Shown here piece after piece: positions 35,697 to 43,942 of a stretch of DNA of 64,000 bases (position 1 is the stretch's first letter; every line of letters begins with the position of its first letter). The notes beneath the pieces are model-generated. The model was not told where the DNA came from and made no database searches. It worked only from the letters and a program-made list of their open reading frames with translations. The translations under genes and the position numbers were made by a program. Where the stretch lies: assembly GCA_002773615.1 (NCBI GenBank), contig PFAP01000011.1, positions 8,307-72,306 on the forward strand, in the 5' to 3' direction. The stretch is from Candidatus Falkowbacteria bacterium CG10_big_fil_rev_8_21_14_0_10_39_11. Lineage in GTDB: Bacteria; Patescibacteriota; Patescibacteriia; UBA11705.

Positions 35697-37076
35697 ATGA
35701 CTAAACAAAACATGCCGACAGTATCTCTAATTGGCCGCACCAATGTTGGAAAATCAACCTTGTTCAATAAACTGACCGAAACCAATAACGCCATTGTCGC
35801 CAGAACAGCCGGCACCACTCGCGAAACCAACGAAGCACCATGCTACTGGCAGCGGCGTATGTTTTCATTAATTGATACTGCCGGACTGGATGTTTCAACT
35901 GATGAGCTCATTGATAAAAAATCGATCAAACAAGCAGAAAAAACCGCTAAGCTTGCCGACATCAACCTACTGATGGTTGATGCCAAATCCGGATTACTCC
36001 CCCAAGACAAAGCCTACGCTCTCATGTTAAAAAAATTAAAAAAACCAATCATCCTGGTAATCAATAAAGTCGACGGCCCAAAACAACTAAACATGGTAAG
36101 TGAATTTGAGAAATTGGGTCTCAAAGAAATCGAGTTAGTATCAGCCGTTTCCGGAGCTGGTACCGGCGACCTCTTGGACAATATCATTGATCAACTTGGG
36201 GACAAAGCTCCGGTAGCTGAATTATTCGAAGAAAATGAAGACTTTGTAAACATCGCCATTGTCGGCAAACCCAACGTAGGGAAATCTAGCTTAATCAACA
36301 AATTGGCCGACGAAGACATTGCCATTACCAGTCCAGTCGCCAATACCACTAGAGATACCAAGGATTTCACTATGGAGGTCACGCACAAAGATAAGCCACT
36401 AATTCTCAAGTTTATTGATACTGCCGGCCTTCGTCGCAAAGCCAAGATAAAAGATGAAATCAACACTCTCAGCAGCGAACGAAGTATGGCCGCCATCAAA
36501 AAAGCGGACATCGTACTCTTGATGCTTGACGCTGGTGAAGACATCACCGCTCAAGATAAAAATATCACCAAAGAAATTATCGAAAGTAGCAAAAGCGTAA
36601 TTTTCATCATCAACAAATGGGACCTAGTCAAAGACAAAGACATGAAAAGTGATCAATTATTCATCGACTATGTACACAAATCATTCCCATACCTAACTTG
36701 GGCTCCGATTGTTTTCCTTTCAGCTAAAACCGGCTTCAAACTGGATCGATTGGTCAAACTTATAATCGAACTTCACGACAAACAAAACATGAAAATCAGC
36801 AATGTCGAACTGGATAAATTTCTTTCTTACATTATCAAAAGACAATCACCACGAAAGAAAAAAGGCATCAAACCACCCTATTTTCATACCATCCGTCAGA
36901 TAAAAACCAATCCTCAAGTTTTTGAAATCAAAGCTGACCAACCAGAAAATATTCACTTTTCATACATTCGTTTTATCAAAAATAAACTACGAGAAAGATT
37001 TGATTTGGCCGGCGTTGGCTTGAAGGTATTCTCCAGCTTATACAAACCGGTAAAATCTCATCAAACAAAAAAATAA
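35697..37076 (+). CDS. der: Ribosome-biogenesis GTPase Der/EngA (tandem GTPase domains + KH-like C-terminus)
   Basis: GRTNVGKSTLFN and GKPNVGKSSLIN G1 motifs; DTAG x2; NKxD x2. Confidence 0.9.
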   Translation: MTKQNMPTVSLIGRTNVGKSTLFNKLTETNNAIVARTAGTTRETNEAPCYWQRRMFSLIDTAGLDVSTDELIDKKSIKQAEKTAKLADINLLMVDAKSGLLPQDKAYALMLKKLKKPIILVINKVDGPKQLNMVSEFEKLGLKEIELVSAVSGAGTGDLLDNIIDQLGDKAPVAELFEENEDFVNIAIVGKPNVGKSSLINKLADEDIAITSPVANTTRDTKDFTMEVTHKDKPLILKFIDTAGLRRKAKIKDEINTLSSERSMAAIKKADIVLLMLDAGEDITAQDKNITKEIIESSKSVIFIINKWDLVKDKDMKSDQLFIDYVHKSFPYLTWAPIVFLSAKTGFKLDRLVKLIIELHDKQNMKISNVELDKFLSYIIKRQSPRKKKGIKPPYFHTIRQIKTNPQVFEIKADQPENIHFSYIRFIKNKLRERFDLAGVGLKVFSSLYKPVKSHQTKK

Positions 37077-37156
37077 AAAAATCTAGCGTGTAACGATTAA
37101 AAATTCATGGTCAAACCGACAGCAAACTATACGCTATAAGCTAAACGCTAAACCCT

Positions 37157-37702
37157 ATGAAACTAATTATCGGCCTAGGTAATCCCGGTATAAAATATCA
37201 AAAAACGCGGCACAATATCGGTTTTCTCGCTCTCGATCATTTTTTTGATACTCACCGCTCAGACTATTCTCTCAGCCAATGGTCAACCAATAAAAAGTTC
37301 TCAGCCGAAATTTCTGAAGGTTTTATTCAACAAGAAAAAATAATTATCGCCAAACCAAACACTTTCATGAATGAATCTGGCAAAGCTGTGTCTGCCTTGA
37401 GTCATTATTACAAAGTCGCTCCTCTAAACATTATCATTATTCACGATGACATTGACATAATCTTTGGTCAGTACAAAATCCAAAAAGATGTTTCTAGTGC
37501 TGGGCACAATGGGATCAAATCAATCATTCAACATCTAAAAACCCAGCAATTTCACCGGATCAGAATTGGTGTCGGCAAATCAAACAAAAACAAACAAGGT
37601 GACACTGCCAAATTTGTTCTCAATCAATTTTCCTTATTTGAAAAACTAAAATTAAACAAATTCCTAGATCAAATTAACGAAGAACTCCTCAAACTACTTT
37701 AA
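37157..37702 (+). CDS. pth: Peptidyl-tRNA hydrolase
   Basis: MKLIIGLGNPGIKYQKTRHNIGF N-terminal signature; 181 aa. Confidence 0.9.
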   Translation: MKLIIGLGNPGIKYQKTRHNIGFLALDHFFDTHRSDYSLSQWSTNKKFSAEISEGFIQQEKIIIAKPNTFMNESGKAVSALSHYYKVAPLNIIIIHDDIDIIFGQYKIQKDVSSAGHNGIKSIIQHLKTQQFHRIRIGVGKSNKNKQGDTAKFVLNQFSLFEKLKLNKFLDQINEELLKLL

Positions 37703-37715
37703 TCAACACATACAA

Positions 37716-37745
37716 AAAAGAACCTCTATCGAGGTTCTTTTTTGT
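37716..37745 (+). terminator. Rho-independent terminator after pth (AAGAACCTC-TATC-GAGGTTCTT + T5)
   Basis: 9-bp perfect stem, tetraloop, then TTTTTTG. Confidence 0.65.
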
Positions 37746-37755
37746 AACAATCCTT

Positions 37756-37867
37756 ATTAATGCTCATCAGCGAAAATTATCTAAGACTAGCTCAGGTAAC
37801 TTAATTGAAGGGCAAGAAGCCAGCACAGGAGGGGGGCACTTGCTTCACCCCGCTGATAAGCATTAAT
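37756..37867. other. 112-bp element with 17-bp terminal inverted repeats (ATTAATGCTCATCAGCG / CGCTGATAAGCATTAAT) around a GC-rich structured core; candidate small RNA or MITE
   Basis: 16/17 complementary termini; internal GAAGGGCAAG...CTTGCTTC helix and a G6/C4 run. Sits between two convergent terminators and overlaps no ORF. Confidence 0.35.
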
Positions 37868-37958
37868 CAAGATTCTTTACATACATACCTTAACAAATTT
37901 TGTATTCATGTCAAGCCCACAAGAACACTTTTTTTGTTCAAAACAAATAAGAGGTCAT

Positions 37959-38270
37959 TTAACCTCTTATAAAAAACATCCACTCCGGATCCAAAAAGCC
38001 AACAAAGACCGAGCATCCAGATCGATTCACAATCCACGCTTCTTTATCCCGACCACGACCCTTCTTATAATATTCTCGCACTTCGCTTCTACCATCACCA
38101 ACAACCTGCACATCAATCCCACAACACCAAGACTCCATCGCGTCATGCTCTTCATCTGAAATTCGTTGCTCCAACCACTCTTTATGCTTTGGCAAAACAT
38201 CTATATCACAACACCGAATCCCTAGTACTCGAGCAATGCTCTGAGCCAACCCACGGTTTTTGGTTCCCAC
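37959..38270 (-). CDS. Hypothetical Cys-containing protein, cassette 2 (begins inside repeat copy 2)
   Basis: MGTKNRGLAQSIARVLGIRCCDIDVLPKHKEWL (repeat-encoded), then a unique tail ...SWCCGIDVQVVGDGRSEV...; followed by a terminator hairpin ATAAGAGGT-TAAATG-ACCTCTTAT. Confidence 0.4.
   Translation of the reverse strand: MGTKNRGLAQSIARVLGIRCCDIDVLPKHKEWLEQRISDEEHDAMESWCCGIDVQVVGDGRSEVREYYKKGRGRDKEAWIVNRSGCSVFVGFLDPEWMFFIRG
38171..38255. repeat. 85-bp direct repeat, copy 2 (84/85 identical to 38711-38795)
   Basis: CCAACCACTCTTTATGCTTTGGCAAAACATCTATATCACAACACCGAATCCCTAGTACTCGAGCAATGCT[C/A]TGAGCCAACCCACG. Confidence 0.85.
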
Positions 38271-38596
38271 ACTTTATCAGAACCAGGGTAATAAAACTTA
38301 CCAAAATAGTAAAGACTGCTATCATCTCTCTCATGCATATGAATCAGAACATAATCAACATCGGACTCATCATCACCACCATGAATCTTATCCATAATCA
38401 AATCATGAAGCTCATCATGCTCGACCTCATCAAATTCACGACCATTCACCTCTTTCAATGAACGACTGGGCTTGTAAAAAAAAGTATCTTCTTCATTCAA
38501 ACCCTGCCACCAACGAATCAAATCAACAATCGTTCCGTCAAAGTGCCAAATCCAACTCCGGTACCCATATTCTTCGTCCACCAGCACTGTAATCAT
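38222..38596 (-). CDS. Strongly acidic small protein (124 aa; start reassigned to the ATG with the AGGAGG SD)
   Basis: MITVLVDEEYGYRSWIWHFDGT...HDELHDLIMDKIHGGDDESDVDYVLIHMHERDDSS...; TAGGAGGTGTC precedes the ATG; the 3' end overlaps repeat copy 2 in another frame. Confidence 0.5.
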   Translation of the reverse strand: MITVLVDEEYGYRSWIWHFDGTIVDLIRWWQGLNEEDTFFYKPSRSLKEVNGREFDEVEHDELHDLIMDKIHGGDDESDVDYVLIHMHERDDSSLYYFGKFYYPGSDKVWEPKTVGWLRALLEY

Positions 38597-38627
38597 GACA
38601 CCTCCTAATTTTGTTCTTGTTGAAGAT

Positions 38628-38945
38628 TCAATCGGCATAAATCGTGACCCAAAACAGATCAAATTGATCAGTGGCTTCAAACTTTTGCTTCGCCACCAAG
38701 ATAGATTGTCCCAACCACTCTTTATGCTTTGGCAAAACATCTATATCACAACACCGAATCCCTAGTACTCGAGCAATGCTATGAGCCAACCCACGATCCT
38801 TCAAAGCCACACACAACTGCAAATTATCCAGATACTTTCGCACCTGATTAGCTTCAATTCGAGTAAAGGATAGATGCCCCTTCCACCTACACTTAGGCAT
38901 ACAACCAAAAAAGTCATCGGTTACCCAGATTGACGGCTTTAGCAT
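38628..38945 (-). CDS. Hypothetical Cys-containing protein, cassette 1 (N-terminal region + repeat-encoded segment + short tail)
   Basis: MLKPSIWVTDDFFGCMPKCRWKGHLSFTRIEANQVRKYLDNLQLCVALKD + RGLAHSIARVLGIRCCDIDVLPKHKEWL + GQSILVAKQKFEATDQFDLFWVTIYAD. Confidence 0.4.
   Translation of the reverse strand: MLKPSIWVTDDFFGCMPKCRWKGHLSFTRIEANQVRKYLDNLQLCVALKDRGLAHSIARVLGIRCCDIDVLPKHKEWLGQSILVAKQKFEATDQFDLFWVTIYAD
38711..38795. repeat. 85-bp direct repeat, copy 1
   Basis: See copy 2; 540 bp centre-to-centre spacing. Confidence 0.85.
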
Positions 38946-39138
38946 AATCCCCCCTTTGTTTATTCTACTGACTATTGTATCACAATCAACTTATAATGTC
39001 AACTCACAGTGACACACAAAACAATATTAACCTAAAATTAGATAATAATTACATTAAATTGTTGTCAAAAAATACACCAACAAACATCCCCAACCTATTC
39101 TGTGCTATAATATAATCGTCACAAATTAATGACTATTT

Positions 39139-39924
39139 ATGTATCAGCAACAACTAATCAACATCGGTCTTTTGCCAAAAGAAGCCAAAGTTTACGAAAC
39201 ACTACTAAACCTGGGGCCCAATTCTATTACTTCAATTTATCAAAAATCCAACCTTAAAAAAGGTGACACCTACAATGTCCTGCATGCTCTGAAAGAAAAA
39301 AAATTAATCACTGAAAAAATCGACCGGGGCAAAACTCTCTTTTTGGCTGAACCACCTCAAAAAATTGAATCTATTTTACGTAACAAACAAAAACAACTTG
39401 AAGCTGAAAAAGCTGAGCTTGAAAACCTCCTACCCGACCTCACTACCCTATTCCAAACCACCACCGACAAACCAATTATCCAAACTCAAGCCGGCATCGA
39501 AGGTATGGAAAACTTTTACGAAAAAATTCTTCACACCAAAAATGAAGTTCTAATCTTTGTCTCCAAGTATGACCGCGATGATCATGACATGGAAAAATTG
39601 ATTGACCGCTACACACTCAAACAATACCGCAAAGGCATCAAGCTTCGCGCCCTCAATCCGATTGATCCTCAATATTCAAAATCAAGCCATGAAGATTATT
39701 TAAAAGACCGCCATGACAAAAATATCACCGTACGTTTCATTTCCAAAAAATTCACTTTCCCTTCTCAAATAATTGTTTTCGACAACACCATCGGCATCAC
39801 CTCACTCAAAAACGACGTTATCACAACCGTCATCGACAATCCTGACATTGCTCACACATTCAAAACTTTATTCGAATACATGTGGCTCAAAGCCGGAGAA
39901 GATCATGACAAATTGATCAAATAA
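39139..39924 (+). CDS. TrmB-family transcriptional regulator (N-terminal wHTH + C-terminal effector domain)
   Basis: LPKEAKVYETLLNLGPNSITSIYQKSNLKKGDTYNVLHALKEKKLI matches the TrmB HTH pattern; followed by the CTCAGGG-TAT-CCCTGAG terminator (39934-39957). Confidence 0.7.
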   Translation: MYQQQLINIGLLPKEAKVYETLLNLGPNSITSIYQKSNLKKGDTYNVLHALKEKKLITEKIDRGKTLFLAEPPQKIESILRNKQKQLEAEKAELENLLPDLTTLFQTTTDKPIIQTQAGIEGMENFYEKILHTKNEVLIFVSKYDRDDHDMEKLIDRYTLKQYRKGIKLRALNPIDPQYSKSSHEDYLKDRHDKNITVRFISKKFTFPSQIIVFDNTIGITSLKNDVITTVIDNPDIAHTFKTLFEYMWLKAGEDHDKLIK

Positions 39925-40127
39925 TCTTCAACGCTCAGGGTATCCCTGAGTTTTTTGTTTCCACTTAAATTTCCCGGATTTCCTCATTTCAATTTTTCGC
40001 TCATTTATTGACTGCCATTAAAAACCATGGTAAGAATAACGATTGCCAACATATTAAGAGGAGGAATCGTGAAATTCAAACTTGGAACTCATCGAGTGGT
40101 CATTATCATTAAACCATACTAGCCCCA

Positions 40128-40442
40128 ATGATCTTCCCGATGGTCTTTGCCAACATCTATCGCTATATTGAACAAACAGGACAATTCACTCTTAGTGACA
40201 ACACAATTTGTCAAAAATTATGTGAATTAATTAAAAATGAATTAGATCCAGACGCTCTCGAAACATTCACCCACATGGCTGGCGGCGATTTATTGCCTCG
40301 CTTTAATACCAACAATATCGCGATAACCAATAAAACCGTTATCTTTGTTAATTATGGTTCTCCTGGATTTTCTACACTGCTTACAAAATATGGAGACCAA
40401 CTCCGCCGAGCCATTCTAGCTCAAATTTCAGATCAGTCATAG
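40128..40442 (+). CDS. Hypothetical protein (104 aa)
   Basis: No recognisable motif and no obvious SD. Preceded by a 17-codon GTG mini-ORF with a strong AGGAGGA SD in another frame. Confidence 0.35.
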   Translation: MIFPMVFANIYRYIEQTGQFTLSDNTICQKLCELIKNELDPDALETFTHMAGGDLLPRFNTNNIAITNKTVIFVNYGSPGFSTLLTKYGDQLRRAILAQISDQS

Positions 40443-40489
40443 CTGATCTTTTTTCTATAAAAAAAACCACAATTAACGTTCACATCCAA

Positions 40490-40517
40490 TTGACTTCCTC
40501 GTTATTTCCTCTACAAT
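40490..40517 (+). promoter_or_regulatory. Sigma70-like promoter for dprA (TTGACT-16-TACAAT) after the terminator at 40429-40456
   Basis: Clean -35/-10 hexamers 10 bp upstream of the dprA RBS region. Confidence 0.45.
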
Positions 40518-40526
40518 AGTAATAAT

Positions 40527-41630
40527 ATGAATAAAAATGAACTACAATATTGGGTAGCTTTGAGTCAAATAGATTTACTTGGAGCTTCAAAGATGAAAAA
40601 ACTCTACTCTTATTTTCCAGACTTCTCTACACTCTGGCATGATGCTACTTATTCAGACTTTATTGACGCTGGTTTGAATGATCGAACCGCTGAAATCATC
40701 CTCAATAAAAAACACCAAATTAACCCGGAAGAAGAATTAACAAAACTACAAACTGAAAATATTGGTGTGGTAACGATTCAAGACTCCGACTATCCGGACA
40801 TTCTTCGTGAAATTCACAATCCACCAGCCTTGCTTTATTACAAAGGCAACAAAACGTTATTTCAAACCGAATGTCTCGCAATTGTTGGGACCAGAAATAT
40901 GACCGCCTATGGCCAACAAATTGCTCACAATATATCTCAAGAACTCAGCGCCAATCAACTAACCACCGTCAGCGGATTGGCACTCGGCATCGATACCATT
41001 GTTCATCACTCGACGATCCAAGCCAACGGCTCAACGATTGCCGTCCTCGGATCCAGCTTGGACCAAAAAAACATTTACCCCTCATCCAATCGTTCACTAG
41101 CCAACAATATTATTGAAAAAAATGGTCTCATTATTTCCGAATTTCCTCTGGGCACCATACCCATGCGCCACCACTTTCCGATTCGCAATCGTGTTATCTC
41201 CGGTCTGTCTCGTGGTACCCTGGTAATCGAGGCTGGAGAATCGTCGGGAGCTTTGATCACAGCCAAATACGCCCTCGAACAAAATCGAGAAGTTTTTGCC
41301 ATCCCCGGCAATATCACCAGCCCGATGTCTATTGGGACCAACAACCTGATCAAACAAGGCGCGACCTCCGTCAATCAAGCTGAGGATATTTTAGAAATTT
41401 TAAATCTTCAATCAATTTCCAAAGCATCTGACAAAAATATTCCCGAAGGTGATAATGATCAAGAAAAATTAATTTTAGCTCATCTAAACTTTGAACCAAC
41501 TCATTTTAATGATTTACGCAAAAAAACAACCCTAAACCCATCACAGTTAAATGCCGCCTTGTCACTTATGGAACTAAACGGTAAAATTAAAAATATCGGG
41601 AACAACGAATATATTATCAATTATCAATAA
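40527..41630 (+). CDS. dprA: DNA processing protein DprA/Smf
   Basis: IVGTRNMTAYGQQIAH ... GLALGIDTIVH ... IAVLGSSLD ... VISGLSRGTLVIEAGESSGALITAKYALEQNREVFAIPG Rossmann-like DprA core; C-terminal wHTH. Confidence 0.9.
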   Translation: MNKNELQYWVALSQIDLLGASKMKKLYSYFPDFSTLWHDATYSDFIDAGLNDRTAEIILNKKHQINPEEELTKLQTENIGVVTIQDSDYPDILREIHNPPALLYYKGNKTLFQTECLAIVGTRNMTAYGQQIAHNISQELSANQLTTVSGLALGIDTIVHHSTIQANGSTIAVLGSSLDQKNIYPSSNRSLANNIIEKNGLIISEFPLGTIPMRHHFPIRNRVISGLSRGTLVIEAGESSGALITAKYALEQNREVFAIPGNITSPMSIGTNNLIKQGATSVNQAEDILEILNLQSISKASDKNIPEGDNDQEKLILAHLNFEPTHFNDLRKKTTLNPSQLNAALSLMELNGKIKNIGNNEYIINYQ

Positions 41631-41631
41631 T

Positions 41632-42915
41632 ATGGATCTAAAACTTTACCAAAAATATAAACTCGCCGAATCCTACCTAGAGTCTTTAAGTAATCTGACC
41701 CAAGAAAACTTTTTTACCGGCAATGCCGATCCGAATTTTTTTTTCAAACGAGCTAAATTTCTTTTAAAACTGGCTGGCAATCCTGATCAAGCTTACAAAA
41801 TCATCCACATTGCCGGTACCAGCGGCAAGGGCTCTACTGTCAACAATATCGCCAACGTTCTCCAAAATGCTGGTCACAAAATTGGAACGCACTACTCCCC
41901 CTTTGTTTCTGTTTCAACTGAAAAAATTCAAATCAATAAAAGATTTATTCCCATTACCGACTTTATTGCTTTAGTTGATGAGATGAAACCCATTATTAAT
42001 CAGTGTTATAACAAAATGGGCGTCCCCAGCTACTTTGAAGTTTGGATGATCATGGCTTTACTCTATTTCAAACAACAAAAAGTTGACTACGTGGTTCTCG
42101 AAACCGGCTGTGGTGGTCGCTTTGATGCTTCCAACGCCGTCAAGAAGACCCTATTCTCAATCATTACCAATATCGGCTTGGATCATACCTTTATTTTAGG
42201 TGATACAATTGAAAAAATCGCTTTTGAAAAAGCCGGCATCATTCGTCGTGGCGGAAAAGTCCTGACCACCGCCACCCAACCAAATGTGATCAAACTTTTT
42301 ACCAAAATTTGCAAAGAAAAAAACGCCAAACTTGAAATTGTCAGATCCGAGGACCCAAACAAAGCCCTAGCCTTTCGAGTTGGTGAATTATTAAAAATCG
42401 ATGACAACATTATTCAAAAATCACTAAATCAAAAGATTTCCATTCCGGCTCGCTTTGAAATCGTCAAACATAAACCCACCATCATTTTTGACGGCGCTCA
42501 CAATCCTGACAAAATAAAATATCTAACCTCAAACCTCAAATCATTTTTTTGTCATCCTGAGCCTGTCAAAAGGTCAACCAGACCCAAAGTTCATCTAATT
42601 TGCGCTCTCGGTGATAAAAAAAATCCCAAAGATGTCTTCAAATCACTAAAAACCTTGGCTGACAAAGTCTATATCACCAGATTCACCAACCCATTTCGTA
42701 AAAATTGTGATTTGAAACAACTAAAAGCAGCTTTCATCGGCAAACCAACGCAAACTTTTCTCGACCCCAACCAAGCTTTAGCAGCTGCAGTTAAATCAGC
42801 CAAACCTTCTGACATTATTTTGATCACCGGCTCATTTTTCCTATGCTCAGATCTCCGGAAACAATTTATTAGTGAAGAAAAACAATTGGAACAACGCACC
42901 AACTTCCCTAAATAA
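41632..42915 (+). CDS. folC: Folylpolyglutamate synthase/dihydrofolate synthase-like Mur-ligase family protein
   Basis: IIHIAGTSGKGST P-loop, GLDHTFILGDTIEKIAFEKAGI, FDGAHNPDKIKYL. Contains a short insertion (SFFCHPEPVKRSTRPK) whose DNA resembles the GC-rich repeat family. Confidence 0.7.
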   Translation: MDLKLYQKYKLAESYLESLSNLTQENFFTGNADPNFFFKRAKFLLKLAGNPDQAYKIIHIAGTSGKGSTVNNIANVLQNAGHKIGTHYSPFVSVSTEKIQINKRFIPITDFIALVDEMKPIINQCYNKMGVPSYFEVWMIMALLYFKQQKVDYVVLETGCGGRFDASNAVKKTLFSIITNIGLDHTFILGDTIEKIAFEKAGIIRRGGKVLTTATQPNVIKLFTKICKEKNAKLEIVRSEDPNKALAFRVGELLKIDDNIIQKSLNQKISIPARFEIVKHKPTIIFDGAHNPDKIKYLTSNLKSFFCHPEPVKRSTRPKVHLICALGDKKNPKDVFKSLKTLADKVYITRFTNPFRKNCDLKQLKAAFIGKPTQTFLDPNQALAAAVKSAKPSDIILITGSFFLCSDLRKQFISEEKQLEQRTNFPK

Positions 42916-42958
42916 TTATCAAAAAAAGAATAAACAAAAAAACACAGTCATTGCTGTG

Positions 42959-43333
42959 TTATTTAATTTCCGCTGCTCTACTTAGCCATTCCACACTCAA
43001 AGCTTCAATTTGCTTCTTGGCCTTGAGCCATTCATCAATCGGATACAGATAATTCAAAAGTTTCAAATCTTCATCCAAAGTCAAAACCAAATAAGTCTCT
43101 ACTCCGGATCCAATATTCCTAAATGTGACGACCACATCAAACTCTTCTGATTCGTGCACATTTACAACCAGCAATGGTGTCCAATCCTCAAACTGCAAAC
43201 CCGACCTCAGCATTTTCTGATCATTATCATCATCATAACAAACGATAAAAACTTTATTCATCCGGAATTCAAATTTTTCGTCCCTTTTACCAATCGGCTG
43301 CAAATCAGCCGCCGCATCAATTTTCCCTTGCAT
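42959..43333 (-). CDS. Hypothetical acidic protein (conservative start at MQGK; a 5' extension carries an in-frame TGA, see findings)
   Basis: ORF with no family assignment; 33 codons upstream in frame is an ATG with a GGAGGAG SD (43442-43444), followed by a TGA at codon 29. Confidence 0.4.
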   Translation of the reverse strand: MQGKIDAAADLQPIGKRDEKFEFRMNKVFIVCYDDDNDQKMLRSGLQFEDWTPLLVVNVHESEEFDVVVTFRNIGSGVETYLVLTLDEDLKLLNYLYPIDEWLKAKKQIEALSVEWLSRAAEIK

Positions 43334-43478
43334 TTCCTGTTCCAACTCAGCAAACGGTCAATAAATTCGTTCTTTATTCTGTTTCACCGTATTTTGATAA
43401 TGATCACATGCCACATCAAATTCATCGGGCTGACGATCTTTCATTTGACTCCTCCAGGGGTAGTTTTGTGATTATCAA

Positions 43479-43766
43479 TCAGAAAATGATAGTTCTCACT
43501 TTTTTGGTTCTTTTATTGATCATTACCACTTTATCACCCGGCAAAATGTCCAGTTCATTAACCACCGAATGAAAGATAGCAAAAGCAAAAATAAACGCTG
43601 TATTCCAGGGACGCCGCCAAAGCCAAGCCCAATAATCAATGGTCCGCCTGAGCCTATCGGGCACCAACACCTTGTCTGGAGTTTGGATCTTCTTTCCCGG
43701 TCGATAATTTTTCGGCAGTCTTTTCAGCCGCTCCACCAAAGACAAAACTCGATCATTGTCCGTCAT
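43479..43766 (-). CDS. Hypothetical small basic protein with one TM helix (start at MTDND with GGAGGA SD)
   Basis: MTDNDRVLSLVERLKRLPKNYRPGKK ... WNTAFIFAFAIFHSVV; TGA stop; 34 bp upstream of the next gene's RBS. Confidence 0.45.
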   Translation of the reverse strand: MTDNDRVLSLVERLKRLPKNYRPGKKIQTPDKVLVPDRLRRTIDYWAWLWRRPWNTAFIFAFAIFHSVVNELDILPGDKVVMINKRTKKVRTIIF

Positions 43767-43942
43767 TTGAATCCTCCATTTATTGCTCCTGTTTGCGTGA
43801 ATGTAACAAATTATCATATAATGACACTAATGTCAATTGTTCATAAGTTGACACATAATTTGGAATCTGTTAGTTTATAAACAATTGCGTTATCAAAACC
43901 GCTCAATTCAATTTAACTAATTTTACTTATTACAATTGTTAT

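Noticed and set aside
36191-36547. 118-aa minus-strand ORF inside der
   Set aside because: Antisense to a textbook Der/EngA gene; S/L/A-rich low-complexity translation.
37908-38159. 83-aa plus-strand ORF overlapping cassette-2 ORF
   Set aside because: Overlaps the terminator hairpin and the minus-strand ORF; no RBS; likely spurious.
40069-40122. 17-codon GTG-initiated mini-ORF (MKFKLGTHRVVIIIKPY) with a strong AGGAGGA SD just upstream of the 104-aa hypothetical gene
   Set aside because: Too short and without conservation evidence to call a gene. It may be a leader peptide, or the strong SD may belong to a frameshifted longer gene; left as a note.
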